Shown here piece after piece: positions 38,948 through 50,139 of a stretch of DNA of 64,000 nucleotides (position 1 is its first letter; the number at the start of each line of letters is the position of its first letter). A program made the translations under genes and the position numbers. A model generated the notes under the pieces. That model saw nothing but the letters and a program-made list of their open reading frames with translations. It was not told the DNA's origin and did not search any database. The DNA is taken from assembly GCF_006345805.1 (NCBI RefSeq), contig NC_043020.1:27404001-27468000 (forward strand), written 5' to 3'. The stretch comes from Octopus sinensis. Taxonomy: Eukaryota.

Positions 38948-40525
38948 AGATAGGGATGGTCACATTCGGAATGTCTGTGATTATAGCTATGTTTAAGCAG
39001 CGTTGACTCCGGGGCTTAAATCGTCACAACACTGCCATACTGTCACAGAAGATAGTACCCCATCCACATCATAACCACTCACCCTGCCTGCGCAATTATG
39101 AGGGTGGGGAGCCTCGTTAGACCTGCTAAAAACAGCAGTTAAATACCCTTGAAATCACACCTCGTCGTCTTAAACAAGAAGGAAAAATTGGATAATGTAC
39201 AGTTTTGGATAATTGTACGGTGTGATGTCCCCAAGATTTTGTTTCCTCATATTTTACGGTTTGTCTTCAAAGAAGTATTTTACGATTATACTAGTAAAGA
39301 ATAAATCGTAAATAAATAAATATATACATAAAACAATACTTTTTTTGGGTAGATTTCCGGATCCACCCTATCTGAAAACGTATGTCTTATTTTACTTGTT
39401 TCAGTCATTGGATTGTGGCCAGGCTGGGGCAGTGCCTTGAAAAGTTTCAGAAAAAAAAAAAAGAAAGAAAAAAAGATCCCCAGTATTTATTCAATCGGTC
39501 TCTTTTGCCAAACGGCTAAGTTACAGAGAGGTAAACAAACCAATATAGGTTACCAAGTGGAGGACAAACACGTATGTATGTATGATGGGCTTCCATAGTT
39601 TTTGTTTACCAAATTCACGTAGGAGGCATTGGTCGACCCAGGATCTGGGGTAGAAGAGGTTTACCCAAAGTGTCGAACAGGCAAAATTTTATTTTAAAAT
39701 ATGCGTTTTAAAGAGAGTTGTTAGGAAATGTAGACACGGAAGCGAGTGTCTGGAGAAGGAAGACCAGGAACCTCCGTCTAAAAGGAATTAAATTGAAAAA
39801 TGTCACCATATTTGTAATCTACACACTGGAAAACGTATATCTGCAAAAATTCCATCAAGAAAAATATACGTTTTAAAGAATGTCATAATAAAACAAAAAG
39901 TCAGTGTGGGAGGGACACCAAACACTAAACTACAGCTGTGACAAAAGACGGGTTGGCTATGGCTGGAACGGCTTTGAATGATAGGTTTCCTCGATGAAGG
40001 CTGACTTCGGGTCAAACACCAACATCGACGCAAATGTTGACCCTTGCTCGGCCGCCGCCGTCATCACTCCCACCGAACACGTAATTACTAAACAAACACT
40101 TCCACCTACACACCCAACACATCGACGTAGTCTGTCATGGATGGACACCTCCTCCACATACATTCCTGCCACGACCACGAATACCAAAAAAACACGAAAG
40201 CTTGTAACATTGGTCGTTCGATTCGCTAAAAACAGCAGCCAAAATCCTTCAACGCACAAGGATGTGTGCAAGTTGAAGGATTTTTTCAGCTGTTTCTAAA
40301 AGCAAAAGGTCGGGGGGGGGGGGGAGAACATCTCTTAAATTATGTTGAGTTTGAAATAAATAATGTTTATGATAATAATAATAATAATTATTATTATTTC
40401 TTTATTGGCCACAAGGGGCTAAACATAGAGGGGACAAACAAGAACAGACAAGGGGATTAAGTCGATTACATCGATCCCAGTGATTTACTGGTACTTATTT
40501 AATCGACCCCAAAAGGATGAAAGGC

Positions 40526-40560
<35 letters not shown>

Positions 40561-41421
40561 GCTGAGCCGAGTGTTTAACGGCTACTTTGATCCCGGAAGT
40601 ATGAATATTAATAATTATAATAATAATAATAAATAGGGAAGTCATTTCTGGAATGTAATTGATCAGACATAAGCCTTCCGGATATAGAACTGGGCGGAGT
40701 TTTGGAACAGCGATCATTATCATTATGGGAAAAGAAAAAGGGTCGGATTTAGGTAATGTTTCTCTTCAGCCCCTTTCACATTTCAGCATTCCTGGGTTTC
40801 GTAAAACGGAAACCACGATTCTGAAGAATTTGTTTTCTTTAAAAATGTCAATAAAAAGAAAAAAGGATTGCCCCGCCCACATCAATTCCGCACCGTTTTT
40901 CTTTCCACGGGGTTAGTGGTACAGGTTTCAAAACTCAGCCACGGATTTACCTAGGGGTTAAAAAAAAAAAAAAACAACACTAAATGTTACAATGCGTGGC
41001 AGTGTGGTAAGAAGCTTGCTTCCTAAATACATAATTCCGGGTTCAGTCCCACTGCGTGGCACCTTGGGCAAGTGTCTTCTACTATAGCCACGGGCAGACC
41101 AAAGCCTTGCGAGTGGATTTGGTAGACGGAAACTGAAAGAAGCCCGTCGTATACATATGTATATATCAATGTGTGTGTCTTTGTTCGTCCCCCCCCGCCA
41201 CCGCTTGATAAACGGTGTTGGTGTGTTTACGTCCTCGTAAGCCAGCGGTTCGGTAAAATAGACCGATAGAATATGTAGGCTAAAAAAAGAATAAGTCCGT
41301 CGATTTCATCGACTGAATAAAACCCCTTTAAGGCTTTGCTCCAGCATGGCCCGCAGTCAAATACCTGAAACAAGTAAGAGAACAAAAGCAGAACTTAATA
41401 AATAAACAAGAGAGGGCTTAC

Positions 41422-42673
41422 CTCGCAAAGGTTGCTCAGCTGGTCTTGCTGCAGCCGGTTGTGGTGTTTGATGGGGTCCACCCTGGCCAGCATTTCTCCC
41501 GTTCATCCCTCGGGCCGCAGCACCACCCCCACCACCACCGGCGGCGGCAGCTCCTTGGAGGTTGTTATTATTGTTGCCGCCGCCGCTGGCTCCGCTGCCC
41601 GAGGCGGCGGGGTTGGCGTTGGCCAAGGGATAAGCAGAGGACGAGGGCGTGGCGGAGGCAGAAGAAGCGGAATTGGTCCGGGGCGGGAACCCGGGGTAGT
41701 TGTTAGCTGCATAGTAAGGAAACGTGGCCATTGCATAATAGGGCAGCATCATGCTGAATGCACACATGCTGTTCCATTGATGGTACTGCCACAACCATGT
41801 CCGGACCGCTTGTGCGTATTCGCGGGCGTTCATTGTGGTCGGTACCGAAGCCGCGGGGTTGTTGATGCTGTTGGTACTACTACTACTGTAAGTCTTCAAA
41901 CTGGTGTTGTTGCAGTTGTTGCTGGTTGTGGTGGTGGTGGTGGAGGAGGTGGTGATAGTTGTAGAAGACGTGATACAAAGACGTGAAGAAGATGACGACG
42001 ATGATGATGATGGTGGTGGTGGTGGTGGCGGTGGTAGTAGTGGTTGTTGTTGTTGTGATGGTGAAGCTGCTTCTGCTGGTGTTCCCGTATTGTTACCGGA
42101 ACCATTCACAGAACCACTGCTGTGAGCATTAAAACCAACTGTACCGCTACCATTAGTAACACTAGTACTGGTAGTAGTAGTAGCAGTAGTGGTAGTGGTA
42201 GTATTGGTATTACTGTTAACAACATCTTCGTCATCGCCGCCGCCGCCACCTCCTCCTCCACGGACAGCTCGTCTTCTCAAAGTGGTATTGATTTCTCCAA
42301 CGCTGTCGCCACCGACACCTTCTTCATCATCATCATCATCGCCGCCGCCGCCACCACCACCACCAGTTGATAACGTATGTCTTGCTGCTGTTGCTGTTGT
42401 CGTCGGTTTCGAATTGTTCCGTTCCTCAGGAGACGGGTTTGAATCTTCCTCAGGGCTATTGTGAAAATAATTGTTGTTGCTGTTGTGGGTCGTCGTCGCC
42501 TCCGCTTCCGCTGCCGCCGCCGCCGCCACCGCAGTCGCCGTGGTCGCGTCGGCGTTTCCGTTGTAATCCGAACTCGAAGCAGGAACCGTTACGGGTGCTG
42601 GCTGCTCTTCGGAATCGGCCTTTTCGGGTCTCTGACGTTTATCAGCGGACCCAAGACAATCGTCAGCTGCCAT
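41422..42673 (-). CDS. FAM8A1: FAM8A1 exon 1 (417 codons + 1 nt); low-complexity N-terminus containing the AREYAQAVRTWLWQY motif
   Basis: ATG at 42673, open frame, G|gtaagc donor at 41421. The Y...V..WLWQ.Y motif is typical of the FAM8A1 N-terminus; phase 1 joins exon 2. Confidence 0.88.
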
Positions 42674-43064
42674 GTTTGGTCACGCTCTTACTTCGAAACC
42701 ACGCGAGACTTCACCAGAAAAAAAAAAAAAAAAACGAGACACACACACACACACACGCATTCGCAACGAGATTTCAACAGAATTATTGCGATTGGTCGAA
42801 TCGTTTGCGCGTCGGACAAAAATATTCAACGGCAATTTTGGGTTTTTTTACTGACTACGTTCCGAGTTCGAATTCTGCCGAGGCGTTAGCACGCCGAACA
42901 AAATATTCAACGGCAATTTTTTTTTTTTTTTTACTGACTACGTTCCGAGTTCGAATTCTGCCGAGGCATTAGCATGCCGAACAAAATATTCAACGACATG
43001 CCTAGCGGCATTTTTTATTTTATTTTACCGACTATTTACGTTCCGAATAAGGCGTGGTGAGCTG

Positions 43065-43465
43065 GCAGAAACGTTAGCATGCCGGGCGAAATGCTTAGCA
43101 GTATTTCGTCTACCGCTACGTTCTGAGTTCAAATTCCGCCGAGGTTGACTTTGCCTTTCATCCTTTCGGGGTCGATAAATTAAGTACCAGTTACGCACTG
43201 GGGTCGATATAATCGACTTAATCCGTTTGTCTGTCCTTGTTTGTCCTCTCTGTGTTTAGCTCCTTGTGGGTAGTAAAGAAATAGGTATTTCGTCTGTCGT
43301 TATGATCCGAGTTCAAATTCCGCCGAGGTTGACTTTGCCTTTCATCCTTTCGGGGTCGATAAATTAAGTACCAGTTACGCACTGGGTCGATGTAATCGAT
43401 TTAATCCCTTTGTCTGTCCTTGTTTGTCCTCTCTGTGTTTAGCCCCTTGTGGGTAGTAAAGAAAA
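43065..43465 (+). mobile_element. tRNA-derived SINE family S2 as head+2 bodies (similar dimer at 37440-37800 minus; monomers e.g. 55805-56018, 15741-15974)
   Basis: gagctggcagaaacgttagc head, B-box gagttcaaattcc, body gtcgactttgcctttcatcctttcggggtcgataaattaagtaccag. Confidence 0.85.
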
Positions 43466-43627
43466 AAAAAATATTTACGTTCCGAGTTCAAATTCTGCCG
43501 AACAAATTGTACCTAGCGGTATTTCTTTCGTTTTTACGTTCTCCGTTCGAATTCCACCGAGAGCAGCCGTGACTTTTATTTTTTCGAGGTCGAAAAATAA
43601 GTACTAGTTGAAGTACCTACATGAGAA

Positions 43628-43838
43628 CAGTGGTCCTGGTGCGCGCACTCGCGTACTCGCGCTAGCTAGTCATGACTAGTCGATCTTTACTTTGTGTTTT
43701 TGTGTTATTTACTTTGTTTAACAAAAAATATTTATTTTGTGTTTTATTTCCTTTGTTAGGTAGTCGTTGTAGGATCGACTAGTCACGACTAGCTAGCACG
43801 GATGCGCAACTACTCGAGTGCGCGCACCGGGACCACTA
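43628..43838. mobile_element. GC-rich foldback MITE inserted in a SINE remnant
   Basis: ~60-68-bp inverted arms cagtggtcctggtgcgcgcactc... / ...gagtgcgcgcaccgggaccacta around a T-rich spacer; gaagtacc and ctagttgaa are repeated in the flanks. Confidence 0.7.
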
Positions 43839-44395
43839 GAAGTACCCTAGTTGAACACAGGGACCGATTCAACCGACTTAGCTCCCTACTTTTAAAATTG
43901 CTGGCTTTGTGCCAACATCTGAAACCAAATTATTCTACCAAAGGCGATGAGCTGGCAGAATTATTTGTACGCCGAACGAAATGCTCCAGCGGCGTTTTTT
44001 CCGGCTCCACGTCCTGAGTTCAAATTCCGCCAAGGTCGATCGACTTTGCCTTTCATCCTTTCGCGGCGGCAGGGGTCGATGAAATAAGTAGAAATCAAAT
44101 ACTGGAATCGATATAAATCGATTAAATCCGACCCCAAAATTTCAGGACATATACCTATAACAGAAAGGACTCTTTCCCTCTTTTAGCTCGATACTTTGAT
44201 GTTTATTTTTCTTGACAAATTTTGTCTTTCCATCAACAGGAAACGTGTTTTGCTTTTTGACAGCTGAAAACTAATTTTTTTTTGTTTTTGCGTCTCCTCG
44301 AAGCCTTTTGGTCTTCTTACAAGAGTTACTTCTCTTCGTTCGTGGTGCAAGCTTGTAAACTTTTAGATATTTTATCATCAACTGTTTACATCTTT

Positions 44396-44450
<55 letters not shown>

Positions 44451-44483
44451 CCTCTCTCTCTCTCTATTTATCTAATCTATCTC

Positions 44484-44523
<40 letters not shown>

Positions 44524-44767
44524 ATCTATCTATCTATCTATCTATCTATCATACTACCTATCTATCTATCTATCTATCTATCTAACTATCTATCTATCTA
44601 TCTATCTAATCTCTCTCTCTGTCTGTCTGTCGGTACATCTGTCTGTCTTTCTTTACATACATGCATGCATACATACATACACACATACATACACACATAC
44701 ATACATACATACATACACACATACATACATACATACATACATACATACATACATACATACATACATA

Positions 44768-46054
44768 CGAGGGGCGTTCAATAAGTAATGCCTCTGACCC
44801 ACTTGCCGTTGTTTGATCTAGCTGAAGTTTTGCATGTGCAATTATTTATATCTCTATAGATTACGTGGCAATTACAGCTCCGAACTAACTGTGGTTTGTG
44901 ATTTACATGTGTTTGAAATGAGTCAAGTGGGAAATGGAGCCTGTTGAGTGTCGAGCAGTGATCCGGCTTTTGTATTTGAAATGACGCACACCACAGGAGA
45001 CTTTTGATGAAATGAAAGTAACTTATGGTGATGATGCCCCATCATATGACCTTGTAAAACGCTGGCATCGTAAATTCAAACATGGTCGGAACTCTGTGGA
45101 AACAGCTCCCAGATCTGGTTGCACCCCTTCTGCCATTGATGAGGCATCTGTCCGTCAAATTGAGGCTGCCATTTTGGAAGATCGACGCATAACTATTCGC
45201 CAAATAGCCCATGAGGTCAAGATTAGTACCGGGTCCGTGGAAACTATCATTCATGACCATTTGCCTATGCAAAAGGTGTCTGCCAGATGGATTCCCAGGT
45301 TGCTCACACTTTTCCAGAAACAAAAACGCGTCGAGTGCTCGAGGATGAATTTAGGGATGTGCCAAGAAGATGAGTCAAAATTTTTCAAAAGACTGATTAC
45401 ACAGGATGAGACCAGCGTCCATCACCATGATCCAGAGACCAAAGCCCAGTCAATGCAGTGGAAGCACCATGACTCACCTCCTCCAAAGTAGGCAAGGGTG
45501 CAGCCCTCCGCTGGCAAGGTCATGCTCACAGTCTTCTGGGACCAGGACAGAGTAGTGATGACAGATTTCCTGGCAAAGGGTACCACAATTACAGGAGCCT
45601 ATCATGCTTCACTTTTGAGGAAATTAAGAGAAGCTATCAAAACCAAGATGCGGGGCAAGATTAGCAAAGGCATCCTCCTCCTACAGGACAACGCTCCGGT
45701 CCACAACTCGCGTGTCGCCAGATCAGAAGCACAGGCGTGCGGCTATGAACTCTTCCCCCCATCCCCCTACTCTCCTGACCTTGCACCCTCTGATTTTCAC
45801 CTCTTCCCAGCCATAAAGTTGTTTTTGAAAGGAAAGCGTTTCCCCAGATGATGCAGCCTTGATTTCTGAAGTCACCGTCGTGGTTGGAGGACTAACTGGG
45901 TCTTCTACTAGAAAACGGTCTCCAGAGCTGCATCAAACGATGGAGAAATGCGTAACTATGGGTTGTCTATGCTGAAAAAGACTATATCTGTGCCAAGTTT
46001 CGTTGCTCTATTGTTATGGGAAGTGGGTCAGGGCATTACTTTTGAACGCCCTCG
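44768..46054 (+). mobile_element. Full-length (~1.29 kb) mariner transposon with disrupted DD34D transposase, inserted in a (TACA)n tract
   Basis: TIRs cgaggggcgttcaataagtaatgcc / ggcattacttttgaacgccctcg, TA at the left end. Transposase runs from ATG 44934 with ITQDETSVHH, LLLQDNAPVH and YSPDLAPSDFHLFP; 34 residues lie between the second and third catalytic D. In-frame stops at 44982 and 45489; frameshifts after ~45845. Confidence 0.95.
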
Positions 46055-46946
46055 ACATACAAGCATGCATACATACATACATACATACATACATAACACA
46101 TAACATACATACATACATACTCACATCATACATACATACATACATACTTAGATACATACTACATCCAATGCATGCATGCATGCATGCATACATACCTACC
46201 TACATACATACATGATACATACATACATATAACTCACATACATACATACATACATACATACATGCATGCATGCCTGCATGCATACATGCATACATACCTA
46301 CATACATACACCACATACATACATACGCACATACATACATACATACATCATACATACATACATACATACATACATACATACATACCACACATACATACAA
46401 CCATACATACATACATACATAACATACACATACAATATACATACATACATACATACAATACATACGTACATACATACATACATACATACTACATAACATC
46501 ATACATACATACATACATACATACATTCATACATGCATACATACATACATTCATACATACATACATGCATGCATGCATGCATACATACAATTCATACATA
46601 CATGCATACATACTACATACATTCATAACATACATACATACATACATTCATACCTCATACATACAAATACTACATGCATCATGCATGCATACATACATAC
46701 AATACGTACATACATACTACATACATACTACATGCATACATACATACATATATACATACATACACACACACATACATACATACATACCTACGTGCATACA
46801 TACTTACATACATACAGCATACACCATACATGCATGCATACATACATACATACTACGTACATACATATATACTACTTACACATACATTACATACATACAC
46901 ATACATACATACATACATACTTACATACATACATACATACTTACAT

Positions 46947-47046
46947 NNNNNNNNNNNNNNNNNNNNNNNNNNNNNNNNNNNNNNNNNNNNNNNNNNNNNN
47001 NNNNNNNNNNNNNNNNNNNNNNNNNNNNNNNNNNNNNNNNNNNNNN
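46947..47046. other. Assembly gap (100 N)
   Basis: Run of N flanked by degenerate (TACA)n on the left and (TA)n on the right. Confidence 0.99.
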
Positions 47047-47160
47047 CAAAATAGTGGTTTTGTCTCTAATAATATTTTATAATATTTTACTATAAAATTG
47101 GATTTAATCCTAATCTGATTTTTTCCCTGTAAATTGGATTTATTCCCTAATATTTATTAT

Positions 47161-47191
<31 letters not shown>

Positions 47192-47252
47192 GTCTATGTA
47201 TATATATATATATGTATACATACATACATATATATATATATATTATATATAT

Positions 47253-47308
<56 letters not shown>

Positions 47309-47333
47309 TATGTATATATATATACATATATAC

Positions 47334-47804
47334 GAGGGGATTCTTTCAGTTTCCATCTACCAAATCCACTCACAAGGCTTTGGTCAGCCCGAGGCTATAG
47401 TAGAAGACACTTGCCCAAGGTGCCACACAGTGGGACTGAACCCGGAACCATGTGGTTGGTAAGCAAGCTACTTACCACACAGCCACTCCTGATGGGCTTC
47501 TTTCAGTTTCCGTCTACCAAATCCACTCACAAGGCTTTGGTCGGCCCGAGGTTATAATAGAAGACACTAGCCCAAGGTGCCACACAGTGGGACTGAACCC
47601 GGAACCATGTGGTTGGTAAGCAAGCTACTTACCACACAACCACTCCTGATGGGCTTCTTTCAGTTTCCATCTACCAAATCCACTCACAAGGCTTTGGTCG
47701 GCTCAAGGCTATAGCAAAAGACACTTGCCCAAGGTGTCACGCAGTGGGACTGAACCCGGAACCATTTGGTTGGTAAGCAAGCTACTAACCACACAGCCAC
47801 TCCT
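47334..47804 (-). repeat. Three tandem ~157-bp copies of the S1 SINE 5' half
   Basis: ctcctgatgggcttctttcag junctions at ~47491 and ~47648. Confidence 0.9.
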
Positions 47805-48165
47805 ATCCAGTGGCCAAGCTCAACATGGTTCTTCTCGAATACCTTGCAGCATTCAGATTTTGAAAGTCATCTGGCAAACCGAAGCTGGTTTCACACGTTC
47901 CTAACCTGTTTATCAACAAGAATCTATTTGGGTCATCTCCAGACTTCGGTTTATAAGTCTGTAATGAGGTGTGATAGTCATTTTATGAAGAATACTACTG
48001 ATGACTGTGAAACTGGGTCATTAAATTACTAACGAGTTTATCAAAGTTTCTTGCGTTTAACCATAAATTAAATATAATTTTCCTTGTATAACGATTCGTG
48101 TGAATCTGTGGAAATTGTTTCTCCAAGATGAATAAATATGTGTATAGTAGTGTCTGTGCATACAC

Positions 48166-49880
48166 ATGCACACACGCATGCAGACACACACGCATGCAGA
48201 CACACACGCATGCAGACACACACGCATGCAGACACACACGCATGCAGACACACACGCATGCAGACACACACGCATGCAGACACACACGCATGCAGACACA
48301 CACGCATGCAGACACACACGCATGCAGACACACACGCATGCAGACACACACGCATGCAGACACACACGCATGCACACACACACGCATGCACACACACACG
48401 CATGCACACACACACGCATGCAGACACACACGCATGCACACACACACGCATGCAGACACACACGCATGCAGACACACACGCATGCAGACACACACGCATG
48501 CACACACACACGCATGCACACACACACGCATGCACACACACACGCATGCAGACACACATGCATGCAGACACACATGCATGCAGACACACACGCATGCACA
48601 CACACACGCATGCACACACACACGCATGCAGACACACACGCATGCAGACACACACGCATGCACACACCACACGCATGCAGACACACACGCATGCAGACAC
48701 ACACGCATGCACACCACACGCATGCACACACAACGCATGCAGACACACACGCATGCAGACACACACGCATGCAGACACACACGCATGCACACACACACAC
48801 GCATGTACACACACACGCATGCAGACACACACGCATGCAGACACACACGCATGCACACACACACACGCATGCAGACACACACGCATGCAGACACCACGCA
48901 TGCACACACACACGCATGCACACACACACGCATGCAGACACACATGCATGCAGACACACACGCATGCACACACACACGCATGCCACACACACGCATGCAG
49001 ACCACACGCATGCAGACACACACGCATGCACACCACACACGCATGCACACACACACACCATGCAGACACACACGCATGCAGACACACATGCATGCACACA
49101 CACACGCATGCACACACACACGCATGGCACACAACACGCATGCACACACACGCATGCAGACACACGCATGCAGACACACACGCATGCAGACACACACGCA
49201 TGCAGCACACACGCATGCAGACACAACGCATGCAGACACACACGCATGCAGACACACACGCATGCACACACACACGCATGCACACACACACGCATTCAGA
49301 CACACACGCATGCACACACACACGCATGCACACACACACGCATGCAGACACACACATGCACACACACACACGCATGCACACACACACGCATGCAGACACA
49401 CACGCATGCACACACACACGCATGCACACACACACGCATGCACACACACACGCATGCACACACACACGCATGCAGACACACACGCATGCACACACACACG
49501 CATGCAGACACACACGCATGCAGACACACATGCATGCAGACACACACGCATGCAGACACACACGCGCACACACACACGCATGCACACACACACGCATGCA
49601 CACACACACGCATGCAGACACACACACGCATGCAGACACACACGCATGCAGACACACACGCATGCAGACACACACATGCATGCAGACACACACGCATGCA
49701 GACACACACGCATGCAGACACACACATGCATGCACACACACACATGCATGCACACACACACATGCATGCACACACACAACGCATGCACACACACACGCAT
49801 GCACACACACACGCATGCAGACACACACGCATGCAGACACACACGCATGCACACACACACGCATGCACACACACACAAAT
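48166..49880. repeat. ~16-bp satellite (CACACACGCATGCAGA)n, roughly 100 copies
   Basis: Continuous gcatgca[g/c]acacacac array; source of the long HTHA/VCVC pseudo-ORFs. Confidence 0.95.
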
Positions 49881-50139
49881 GCACACAAATACAACCACAC
49901 ACAAATGCACACAAAGGCACACTCGATCGCCAGTTGAATACTGGGGTCGGTGTAGTAGACTTACCCACCTGCCTCAAAACCACTGCTGTCCTTCAAAGTC
50001 CTTTATGATATTTTTTCTGCACCAAGTTACAGACACTCCCTTGTCACTTTCTTCATTAAAATGCAACGAACCAGTTATTGATCCATCAGAAATCTATAAC
50101 CAATAATCCTTTCTTCTCTAAGTACAATATAAAATGATG

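Noticed and set aside
44282-44390. Peptide LRLLEAFWSSYKSYFSSFVVQACKLLD with W-x13-ACKL spacing like the TTC38 N-terminus
   Set aside because: No ATG, no downstream GT donor before the (CT)n tract, and the otherwise conserved RDCQAW and LPLSTTSNE residues are absent; most likely chance. A tBLASTn or RNA-seq check would settle it.
47800-48010. Unique ~200-bp stretch with short open frames on both strands as a candidate TTC38 exon
   Set aside because: No resemblance to the expected TTC38 segment (DAWSVHTVAHIHEM) in the frames I read.
47998-48020. CTGATGA...GAAAC hammerhead-like words
   Set aside because: No stem II pairing and no stem I complementarity.
47995-50106. Very long ORFs (400-660 aa) of HTHA/VCVC type on both strands
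   Set aside because: They are translations of the 16-bp CA/GCATGC satellite, which lacks stop codons in all frames; no protein-like complexity.
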